Positions 42,640-50,693 of a DNA stretch of 64,000 nucleotides are shown piece by piece. A program made the position numbers and the translations under genes. Each line of letters starts with the position of its first letter. Position 1 is the first letter of the stretch. The notes beneath the pieces are model-generated. The model ran no database searches and was not told where the DNA came from. It saw only the letters and a program-made list of their open reading frames with translations. Origin of the DNA: Eubacteriales bacterium (GTDB lineage: Bacteria > Bacillota > Clostridia > Oscillospirales > QAKW01); contig JAZQFD010000038.1 of the NCBI GenBank assembly GCA_045539335.1, positions 40 to 64,039 of the forward strand, in the 5' to 3' direction.

Positions 42640-44033
42640 TCGTTCTCCGAAAGCTTTCTTCCCATTAATACACCCATCACCGAAGCCATCATCAGGCCAC
42701 GAGTCCAGCCGCTGGAGTCACCCAAACAATGCAAACCTTCTACGCTGGTGTTGAAATCGGTATCCATGGTCACTCGATTGCTGTAGAACTTCAGCTCGGG
42801 GGAATAAAGCAGGGTCTCGGTAGAGGCAAAGCCCGGCACCACATGGTCCAGCGCCTGAATGAAGTTGATGATATTCATCATGGCACGGTAGGGAATGGCG
42901 GCGGTGATGTCTCCTGCCACTGCATCGGGCAATGTGGGCTTTAAGTTGGACCGCGCCAGTTCTTTTTGCCAAGTGCGCTTTCCGTCTAAAATATCGCCGA
43001 AACGTTGCACCAAAATGTGCCCGTTGGCCAGCATATTGGACAGTTCGCCCACCTTTTGGGCATAGGCAATGGGTTGGTTAAAGGGATTGGTAAAATTATG
43101 GGACACTAAAATTGCGAGGTTGGTATTATTGCTCTTGAGTTCTTTATAAGAATGGCCGTTGACCACCGCCAGATCATTATCATAATTCTCTTGGCTGACA
43201 AAGCCGCCGGGATTCTGGCAGAAGGTACGCACCTTATTCTTAAAGGGCTGAGGATAACCCACCAACTTAGACTCATACAGCACCTCATTGACCTTTTCCA
43301 TCACCTCATTGCGAACCTCAACACGAACGCCGATATCCACAGTACCGGGCATATGCTGAATCTGATGCTCGGTGCAAAGGTGCTCCAGCCATTCGGCACC
43401 CCGCCGGCCGGTAGCAACGATGGTATGCTCTGCATAAATCTCTTCGGTGGTCTTACCGTTGCTGATATAGCCACCCAAACATTTTTGATCCTCAATGATC
43501 AGGTTGGTGCACTCCTCATTGAAGCGCATCTCCACCCCATGCTCCAGCAAATACTGCTCGATGGCATAGTAAATATCCTGCGCTTTTTCGGTGCCCAGAT
43601 GTCGAATCGGGCAATCCACCAACTTCAAGCCTGCCTGAATGGCACGCTTACGGATATCCTTGACCGCCTCGGGATTGCTGACGCCCTCCACATGGGTATC
43701 GGCACCGAATTCCAGATAAATGCTATCGGTATAATTGATGGTCTCCTGCGCCAGATCCTCTCCGATGAGGGTGGGCAGATCCCCGCCCACATCACTGCTC
43801 AAGGAAAGCTTACCATCGGAAAAAGCGCCGGCACCGGAAAAGCCGGTGGTAATATGGCAATATGGCTTACAGCTGACGCATTGCTTGGTCTTGGCCTTGG
43901 GGCAACGGCGCTTTTCCACCGGCAGCCCTTTTTCCACAATCAAGATTTTTTGCTTACTGCCCTTACGAATCATTTCAAGAGCCGTAAAGATACCGGCAGG
44001 GCCGGCACCAATGATCAGTACATCATATTTCAT
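42636..44033 (-). CDS. FAD-dependent oxidoreductase (COG2509-like uncharacterised flavoprotein)
   Basis: MKYDVLIIGAGPAGIFTALEM Rossmann GxGxxG motif at the N-terminus of a 465-aa protein. Confidence 0.75.
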   Translation of the reverse strand: MKYDVLIIGAGPAGIFTALEMIRKGSKQKILIVEKGLPVEKRRCPKAKTKQCVSCKPYCHITTGFSGAGAFSDGKLSLSSDVGGDLPTLIGEDLAQETINYTDSIYLEFGADTHVEGVSNPEAVKDIRKRAIQAGLKLVDCPIRHLGTEKAQDIYYAIEQYLLEHGVEMRFNEECTNLIIEDQKCLGGYISNGKTTEEIYAEHTIVATGRRGAEWLEHLCTEHQIQHMPGTVDIGVRVEVRNEVMEKVNEVLYESKLVGYPQPFKNKVRTFCQNPGGFVSQENYDNDLAVVNGHSYKELKSNNTNLAILVSHNFTNPFNQPIAYAQKVGELSNMLANGHILVQRFGDILDGKRTWQKELARSNLKPTLPDAVAGDITAAIPYRAMMNIINFIQALDHVVPGFASTETLLYSPELKFYSNRVTMDTDFNTSVEGLHCLGDSSGWTRGLMMASVMGVLMGRKLSENE

Positions 44034-44056
44034 AGTCTATACATCCTTTCGGGAAA

Positions 44057-44098
44057 TATGCCACCACTAAGCATATTAAGTGATGGCATACTTTTTTT
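44057..44098. terminator. Hairpin between the ABC permease gene and the flavoprotein gene
   Basis: 12-bp stem TATGCCACCACT/AGTGATGGCATA (one mismatch). The good T7 tract is on the plus strand and only TTTCCC on the minus strand, so the orientation is ambiguous. Confidence 0.4.
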
Positions 44099-45086
44099 AT
44101 CGTTCTTCACGGAAATAAGGAAGCCCCAAACTCTCAGGCGGCTGATGTTCTCTCTTTTTACGCATGCTGGTGATAATCAATACCACCAAGGTTACCACAT
44201 ACGGCAGCATCTTAAAGAGCTCTTGGGTTTCGGTGCCCAAGCCCTGCACATAATTGTTTGCATTGCAAAGGGCGCCGAATAGGAAGGAACCCAAAATAGC
44301 CATAGAAGGCTTCCAAAGGGCGAAAATAACCAAAGCGATGGCCATCCAGCCACGATCGCCAAAGGCGTTGTTGGACCACACGCCGTCGGCATACGCCATC
44401 ACATACTGCAAGCCGCCCAAGCCTGCTACCGCACTGCCAATGCAGGTGGCAACATACTTATAGCGAGTTACATTGATACCGGCAGCATCGGCGGTGGCAG
44501 GGTTTTCACCCACAGCCCGCAGATTCAGCCCTACTCTGGTCTTGCTCAACACAAAGGTGGCGATCAACGCAATGGCGATGGCCGCATAGGTCAAAAAGTC
44601 ATGGGACAGGAAGATCTGGCCGAACCAGCCCAGATCATCGGCAAAGGGAAGCTCTGCTTTAAAGAACTTACTGGTCTTGGTCAACGCAATGGAGGGCAGA
44701 TCGCTATCCACCAATTTAGCCAAGGAGCCGCCGAAAAAGTTGCCAAGGCCAATACCAAAGGTGGTCAGCGCAAGGCCGGTTACATTCTGGTTGGCCCGCA
44801 GGGTAACCGTCATAAAGCTATAGATCAAACCCATCAAGACCGAAAACAGAATAGAGGTCATCAGCGGAATCAAAATAGCCAAGGCGGGACTCATATTCTC
44901 CGCCACATTGCCACAAGCATTTTCATAAAGGAAAGCGCCGATCACGCCGCCGATGGCGCCGCCGTACATAATACCGGGGATACCCAGATTCAGATGGCCC
45001 GCTTTTTCGGTGAGGATCTCACCGGTGGAACCGTAGAGAAGCGGAACACTCAAAAGAATGGCTCTGCTGATAAATTCAACAATCAT
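44097..45086 (-). CDS. ABC transporter permease (BMP/nucleoside-type, NupQ-like)
   Basis: 329-aa polytopic protein, the last gene of the SBP-ATPase-permease-permease set. Confidence 0.8.
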   Translation of the reverse strand: MIVEFISRAILLSVPLLYGSTGEILTEKAGHLNLGIPGIMYGGAIGGVIGAFLYENACGNVAENMSPALAILIPLMTSILFSVLMGLIYSFMTVTLRANQNVTGLALTTFGIGLGNFFGGSLAKLVDSDLPSIALTKTSKFFKAELPFADDLGWFGQIFLSHDFLTYAAIAIALIATFVLSKTRVGLNLRAVGENPATADAAGINVTRYKYVATCIGSAVAGLGGLQYVMAYADGVWSNNAFGDRGWMAIALVIFALWKPSMAILGSFLFGALCNANNYVQGLGTETQELFKMLPYVVTLVVLIITSMRKKREHQPPESLGLPYFREER

Positions 45087-46192
45087 GCTTCTACCCCCTT
45101 CTTGGTACGACGCAGCCGAACCGAATACTGAATAAAGAACTCACAGCCCACCAGCATCAAAATAACCAGACCCACAGAGATGTCTGAGAAGGAACTGTTC
45201 AAAAAGCTATGGTCGGCCACCTTGGCGGTGCCGGTCTTCAAAAAGACGATCAAGGAAGACATAGCTGCCATCACAAAGGGGTTAAATTTACCCAGCCAAG
45301 CCACCATAATGGCGGTAAAGCCTTGGCCGCCCACCGTATTGGTATTGATGGAATGGTCGGTGCCCGCCACCAAAAGCATACCGGTAATACCGCAAACGGC
45401 ACCGGAGAGCATCATGGTGCGCAATACCACCTTTTTTACATTGATGCCAATATAGCGGGCAGTATTTTGGCTTTCACCCACCACTGCGATCTCATAGCCT
45501 TGCTTGCTGTATTTCAGGTAAATGTACATAGCCACCGTCAGCGCCACAACGATCAGGATATTCAATAAGTATTGCATATTGCCGATGGTGGGCAGAGCAC
45601 CGGTCCGCACCGGATTGATGACATTGGAGCCGCCGCCCACGATATACACATAATAAGCGATCAACTGGGTTGCCACATAGTTCATCATCAGGGTAAACAA
45701 GGTCTCATTGGTGTTCCAACGAGCTTTGAAGATGGCGGGGATCAAGCCCCAGATAGCACCGGCAATAATACTGGCTGCGATCACAATGGGAACCAGCAAG
45801 AATTCAGAGATCTTGCCGCCGAATTCGATCATACAAAACATGGCCGCCAAGCCGCCGATCAGCGCCTGACCTTCAGCGCCGCAGTTCCAGAATTTCATCT
45901 TAAAGGCAGGAGCCACCGCAAGGCCGAGGCAAAGGAGAATCACCGTATCCTGCCCGAATTTCCAGAGCATATTGGTCTTGCCCTCAAAGATGCGGCCAAA
46001 CACGCCACGAAACATGATATTATAAACTTCAAAGAAACTTTCGCCGGTAAGGATGGCAGAAACAACCCCTACCAAAAGAACGCCGATCACAATGGCCGCC
46101 AGCCGGATTCCCCAAGCTTGCCAGCCCATCAGATCGTCCCGCTTCACGATATGGATCAGCGGCTCATGATGCTTTTTCACCTTTTGGCTCAT
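45083..46192 (-). CDS. ABC transporter permease (BMP/nucleoside-type, NupP-like)
   Basis: 369-aa polytopic protein with overlapping stop/start codons at both neighbours. Confidence 0.8.
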   Translation of the reverse strand: MSQKVKKHHEPLIHIVKRDDLMGWQAWGIRLAAIVIGVLLVGVVSAILTGESFFEVYNIMFRGVFGRIFEGKTNMLWKFGQDTVILLCLGLAVAPAFKMKFWNCGAEGQALIGGLAAMFCMIEFGGKISEFLLVPIVIAASIIAGAIWGLIPAIFKARWNTNETLFTLMMNYVATQLIAYYVYIVGGGSNVINPVRTGALPTIGNMQYLLNILIVVALTVAMYIYLKYSKQGYEIAVVGESQNTARYIGINVKKVVLRTMMLSGAVCGITGMLLVAGTDHSINTNTVGGQGFTAIMVAWLGKFNPFVMAAMSSLIVFLKTGTAKVADHSFLNSSFSDISVGLVILMLVGCEFFIQYSVRLRRTKKGVEA

Positions 46193-47724
46193 TCTTCTGC
46201 ACCTCCTTCGGTTTTGGTCATTAACAAGCCCACCTGCTCCTTAGTGGCGGTGCGGCCGTCCACAATGCCGGTGACCTTACCGCCGCCGATAACCAGGATT
46301 CGGTCGCAAAGTTCCAAAAGAACATCCAGATCTTCGCCCACGAAGATCACGGCAACGCCTTTTTCCTTCTGTTGATTCAACAGATTATAAATGGTATAGG
46401 AGGAGTTGATGTCCAGACCACGGACGGGATACGCCGCCATCAACACGGTGGGAGAGGCTGCGATCTCACGGCCCACCAATACCTTCTGCACATTACCACC
46501 GGACAAACGGCGTACAGGAGTGGATGCAGAGGGGGTTACCACCTCTAAATCTTCAATGATATGCTCCGCCAAATCCTTGGGGGCCTTGCGCTCCAAGAAG
46601 GCGCCATGACCCTTACGGTAACTGCGCAACATCATATTATCGGTAATATCCATATTCCCCACAAGACCCATACCCAAGCGATCCTCCGGCACAAAAGAAA
46701 GGCGGACTCCCAGTTCACGGATCTGCAGGGGGGTCTTATTTTGCAGGTTATCTACATTGCCGGTTTTAGGATTGTGGTACAGCACGGCGCCACTGTCGCT
46801 CTTCTGCAGGCCGGCGATCACTTCCAAAAGTTCTCGCTGACCGGAGCCGGCGATACCGGCAACGCCCAGAATCTCTCCGGCGTTTACATGGAAGGATACA
46901 TCATCCAGCACCAAGGAACCTTCCCGATTGGTGCAATCCACATGGTGCACCTCCAGCCGAACCTGAGGATCCTTGGGCTCACTCCGCTCAATGTTGAGGG
47001 AGATCTTCTTGCCCACCATCATTTCAGTCAGCTCGCTTTCGGTGGTTTGAGCCGTCTCCACCGTGCCGATATATTCGCCTTTTCTAAGCACTGCCACCCG
47101 ATCAGAAAGGGAGAGCACTTCATGCAGCTTATGGGTGATAATGATGATGCACTTTCCATCGTCCCGCATGCGGCGAAGCACTGCAAACAATTTTTGGGTC
47201 TCCTGCGGAGTCAGCACCGCAGTAGGCTCATCCAGAATCAAAATATCAGCACCCCGATAAAGCACTTTGATAATTTCCACCGTCTGCTTTTCGGAAACCG
47301 CCATGGTATAGATCTTCTTTTTGGGGTCCAGCTCAAAGCCGTACTGCTCACAGATGGCACTGATCCGCCCTTCAGCAGCCTTAATATTATAGCGGCCCTC
47401 TTCCTCCAGCCCCAACACAATGTTTTCGGCGGCGCTGAAGACATCCACCAGCTTAAAATGCTGATGAATCATGCCGATCTTATAATCGAATGCATCTCGA
47501 GGCGATGCAATAACCGCCGGTTTTTCATCAATGAAGATTTCACCTTCATCGGGGAAATAGATGCCGGAGATCATATTCATCAAAGTGGTTTTTCCGCTTC
47601 CGTTCTCCCCGAGAATGGAGAGAATTTCGCCACGGTTCGCCGTAAGGTTCACGTTTTTGTTTGCCACCACGCTGCCAAAGGTCTTGGTGATGTTTTTCAG
47701 CTCAATTGCTGCTTGATTAGCCAC
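46189..47724 (-). CDS. ABC transporter ATP-binding protein with duplicated ATPase domains (NupO/RnsB-like)
   Basis: Walker A GENGSGKTT, signature VSEKQTVEI and Walker B ILILDEPT in domain 1. GIAGSGQRE, LSGGNVQK and the second Walker B are in domain 2. GTG start with a GGAGGAGG RBS. Confidence 0.9.
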   Translation of the reverse strand: MANQAAIELKNITKTFGSVVANKNVNLTANRGEILSILGENGSGKTTLMNMISGIYFPDEGEIFIDEKPAVIASPRDAFDYKIGMIHQHFKLVDVFSAAENIVLGLEEEGRYNIKAAEGRISAICEQYGFELDPKKKIYTMAVSEKQTVEIIKVLYRGADILILDEPTAVLTPQETQKLFAVLRRMRDDGKCIIIITHKLHEVLSLSDRVAVLRKGEYIGTVETAQTTESELTEMMVGKKISLNIERSEPKDPQVRLEVHHVDCTNREGSLVLDDVSFHVNAGEILGVAGIAGSGQRELLEVIAGLQKSDSGAVLYHNPKTGNVDNLQNKTPLQIRELGVRLSFVPEDRLGMGLVGNMDITDNMMLRSYRKGHGAFLERKAPKDLAEHIIEDLEVVTPSASTPVRRLSGGNVQKVLVGREIAASPTVLMAAYPVRGLDINSSYTIYNLLNQQKEKGVAVIFVGEDLDVLLELCDRILVIGGGKVTGIVDGRTATKEQVGLLMTKTEGGAEE

Positions 47725-47870
47725 GCTCTGCCTCCTCCTTTTATTTCAACAGTTAAAATGATCCCACCCTTTTACAGGCCGATCTTTTCCGCCGCTTTAT
47801 TGAACTCTCTTAAGCCCTAAAACGCTCAAAGCCGCCCTGCTTTGGCAGCAGTGCGGGTTTCAGTCTTTTA

Positions 47871-47912
47871 GAAAAAATGACTAAGGCGGGGCGCGTTTGG
47901 GCCCCGCCTTAG
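47871..47912 (-). terminator. Intra-operon terminator/attenuator after the substrate-binding-protein gene
   Basis: 12-bp GC-rich stem CTAAGGCGGGGC/GCCCCGCCTTAG followed on the minus strand by TCATTTTTTC. Confidence 0.75.
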
Positions 47913-47923
47913 CTTAGAATGGA

Positions 47924-49111
47924 TTAACCGTAGTTACGATCCAACAGGGTAATACCGTCGATCTCCAGATTGAAGTAAGGAGCGGAACGATATTTGGATT
48001 CCTCAACAATACCATCGGCAATAACCTCGGTATCGGGGGTGAACTTATCATCGGTATTAACGTCGGCCATGAAGGAGGTAACCTTCTCGTTGCCAACGGT
48101 GAAGTTCGCAGTATCAAATACCTTGATGGTGCCATCCTTCAGACCCTTTTCAACCTCGGCCAGTTTCTCTGCAGTGCCTTCAGCAACATTCTTGCCCAGC
48201 TCGGTCAGAGCAACAGAACCGTTGTCCAGATTGCCGGCCCAGTCTACATCAATAGCGGCGCCGTTCTTCACCTGAGTGATCATGTACTCGAAATAGGGAG
48301 TCCAGTTGATGCGGGAAGAGATCAGGAAGGTCTCGGGGCAAGCGGTGGCGGTGGAACCATTGTAGGAAACATTGGGAACACCGGCAGTCTCGCAAGCAGT
48401 GGGAGCGCCCATAGAGTCAGCATGCTGGCTGATCAGCACACAACCGCCGGCGATCAAAGCCTGAGCTGCTTCTTTTTCCTTCTGCTCATCATACCAAGAA
48501 CCGGTGAACTTAACGTCCATGGTCACGGTGGGGCATACGGACTTAGCGCCCAGATAGAAAGAGGTATAACCGGACATTACTTCTGCGAAGGTGAATGCGC
48601 CGACATAACCCATCTTAGCCTGATCAGCAGTGATTTTACCGGCAGCAATCATCTCATTGAGCTTCATGCCGGCAACAACGCCTGCCAGATAACGACCCTG
48701 ATAAATGTGAGCAAAAGCGTTATGGAAGTTGTCCAACTCCGCAGTGTGAGCCTGGGTGCCGGTGGCATGGCAGAACTCTACATCAGGATACTCTTCGGCA
48801 GCCTTGAGCAGGAAGTTCTCATGGCCAAAGCTATCTGCAAAGATAATGTCGCAACCGTCGGATTCGATCAGTTCAACAGCAGCATCATAGCATTTGTTGG
48901 ACTCAGGAATCTGGGTCTTCTGAACCATGGTCACGCCCATGTTCTTGCAAGCTTCCACAGCAGCGTCGATAAAGTTCTTATCGTAGGTAGATTGTTCGTC
49001 GTGCAGGAAGATGAAGCCTACCTTCAGTTCATCTTTCTCCTCGTTGGTGCCGCAAGCAGCCATGGTGAACAGCATCATGACAACCAACAGCGCAGCAAGT
49101 AACTTTTTCAT
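47924..49111 (-). CDS. BMP-family (basic membrane protein/PnrA/NupN-like) ABC substrate-binding lipoprotein
   Basis: Lipobox LFTMAAC followed by the BMP-family fold pattern (KVGFIFLHDE..., GYVGA...). Confidence 0.85.
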   Translation of the reverse strand: MKKLLAALLVVMMLFTMAACGTNEEKDELKVGFIFLHDEQSTYDKNFIDAAVEACKNMGVTMVQKTQIPESNKCYDAAVELIESDGCDIIFADSFGHENFLLKAAEEYPDVEFCHATGTQAHTAELDNFHNAFAHIYQGRYLAGVVAGMKLNEMIAAGKITADQAKMGYVGAFTFAEVMSGYTSFYLGAKSVCPTVTMDVKFTGSWYDEQKEKEAAQALIAGGCVLISQHADSMGAPTACETAGVPNVSYNGSTATACPETFLISSRINWTPYFEYMITQVKNGAAIDVDWAGNLDNGSVALTELGKNVAEGTAEKLAEVEKGLKDGTIKVFDTANFTVGNEKVTSFMADVNTDDKFTPDTEVIADGIVEESKYRSAPYFNLEIDGITLLDRNYG

Positions 49112-49162
49112 TGGTCTTTCCCTCCAAAATATTTTTTTATAATAATCCGCCCTTTGCGGTTA

Positions 49163-49735
49163 TTACCCTCTGAATTTCAAGGAATGATCGGTCATCTCAT
49201 CAATGATGGCCAAGGATTCCACCCGAATGCCTTCGGCCCGCAGACCGTCTCCCCCGCCCTGAAAGCCTTTTTCAATGGCGGTGGCACAGCCCACAACGGT
49301 GGCACCGGCCTGCTTCACAATATCGATCAGCCCACGCAGGGCGCAACCGTTGGCAAGAAAATCATCAATGATCAGCACCCGATCCTCGGGCTGCAGATAT
49401 TCCTTACTGACCACCACATGATTGTCCACATTATGAGTATAAGAATGGACCTTTGCGGTATAAACCTCGGCGTCCACATTACTGGTCTTTTTCTTTTTTC
49501 CAAAGACCAACGGCACGCCCATGGCTGCTGCCGCCGCAAAGGCAAGAGCAATGCCGGAGGCCTCCACCGTCATCACTTTATTGGGGCGATCCTCCTCGAA
49601 TAAGCGAGCGATTTCTTCGCCCATCTCCATCATAAAAGGAGCGTCGATCTGATGATTCAGAAAATTGCCGACCTTCAATACATGACCGGGAAGAACTTGT
49701 CCGTCTTTTAAAATTCGCTCCTCTAACGCTCTCAT
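49163..49735 (-). CDS. xpt: Xanthine phosphoribosyltransferase
   Basis: MRALEERILKDGQVLPGHVLKVGNFLNHQID... N-terminus and the PRPP loop VLIIDDFLANG. Confidence 0.9.
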   Translation of the reverse strand: MRALEERILKDGQVLPGHVLKVGNFLNHQIDAPFMMEMGEEIARLFEEDRPNKVMTVEASGIALAFAAAAAMGVPLVFGKKKKTSNVDAEVYTAKVHSYTHNVDNHVVVSKEYLQPEDRVLIIDDFLANGCALRGLIDIVKQAGATVVGCATAIEKGFQGGGDGLRAEGIRVESLAIIDEMTDHSLKFRG

Positions 49736-49770
49736 TCGAACCCCTCAAAATTAAAAAATATTACAGATAC

Positions 49771-49799
49771 ATGATATCAAATCAGGCGTTTTTTGTCAA
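49771..49799 (-). promoter_or_regulatory. Sigma-70-type promoter for xpt (TTGACA-17 nt-TATCAT)
   Basis: -10 is plus 49771-49776 and -35 is plus 49794-49799. The -35 lies inside the loop/arm of the upstream terminator hairpin. Confidence 0.55.
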
Positions 49800-49827
49800 C
49801 AAAAATTGCAACAAAAAACGCCTGATT
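49780..49827 (-). terminator. Hairpin after the 49839-50525 gene
   Basis: 17-bp arms AATCAGGCGTTTTTTGT/ACAAAAAACGCCTGATT with a short downstream U-tract (TTTGAT). Confidence 0.5.
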
Positions 49828-49838
49828 TTTAATGTTTT

Positions 49839-50525
49839 TTACCCGTTTATGTAGTTCCACAAAACTGCGGTCATTTCCGCATTTAAGCCAAAGGTATACT
49901 GGGGGCAGCCGGCATAAGAAATAGCGCCGTTTTCATATAAGGTGAAGAGGAAAAAGTCCCCATTATAGCCCTTCACGATCAGCTCGGTGGATTTTCCGGA
50001 GGGCGCAACAATCTCCGCCTCGCCGAAGGCGGTACCCAGATCGGAAAGCTCCATAGAGGTCATGGGCAAAAAGATAAAACTGTCCCGATCCTTGCTGTAA
50101 CGATAGACAGTAGCAAAGGCATTATGCAGCCCCAAAGGCTCCACAACGGTGCGCCCGATGGTGACGGTGCGGATGGACTCATGGCTGGTCACCAGATAGC
50201 AATGCTGATTTTCCGGCAATACCGCCACCAGCATCACTTTATTGTTTTCGCCCTTAAGGCCATAGACCTGGGTTCCCTCAGGAAAGGTGCCGGTCAACTC
50301 TTTGCCGACGGCGCCGAATTCATTGGTACGATAATCCAGATAGCCCCGATTCTCCACCGTGGGCACAAATACATAAGGAGTTCCCTTGGTAGTATAAGTG
50401 CGATTATTCACCACCACCTCATAATCACCCAGTTCCGGCACGGGAAGACCCTTTTCTTTTTTCTCACAACCATTGCCGCAAAGCAACACACAAAGGAGCA
50501 GCGCCCCTGCCAAAAACCGTTTCAT
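49839..50525 (-). CDS. Hypothetical secreted protein/lipoprotein
   Basis: Signal peptide MKRFLAGALLLCVLLCGNGC (Cys after the h-region). The ATG at 50525 is best spaced from AAAGGA. No family was recognised. Confidence 0.6.
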   Translation of the reverse strand: MKRFLAGALLLCVLLCGNGCEKKEKGLPVPELGDYEVVVNNRTYTTKGTPYVFVPTVENRGYLDYRTNEFGAVGKELTGTFPEGTQVYGLKGENNKVMLVAVLPENQHCYLVTSHESIRTVTIGRTVVEPLGLHNAFATVYRYSKDRDSFIFLPMTSMELSDLGTAFGEAEIVAPSGKSTELIVKGYNGDFFLFTLYENGAISYAGCPQYTFGLNAEMTAVLWNYING

Positions 50526-50625
50526 ATCCATCCGTCCTTTTGAATCAAATATATTTCATTCTACTCGCTCCCCCGTTATTTGTCAATAATAGATAAATTT
50601 TCATTTTCTTTTCACATTCAATGTG

Positions 50626-50655
50626 TTGACACTGCCTTCTTTTTAGTGTTATACT
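50626..50655 (+). promoter_or_regulatory. Candidate promoter for the cohesin / TIM-barrel operon (TTGACA-18 nt-TATACT)
   Basis: Hexamers read directly about 40 nt upstream of the ATG at 50694. Confidence 0.5.
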
Positions 50656-50693
50656 AGTGAAGTAAAATCGTTATTTAAGAAAGGATTTGTTTT

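Noticed and set aside
49736-49838. Expected guanine/purine riboswitch upstream of xpt.
   Set aside because: The leader is only ~30 nt after the promoter-like hexamers and no aptamer core sequence is visible. This is reported as an absence in the findings rather than as a feature.
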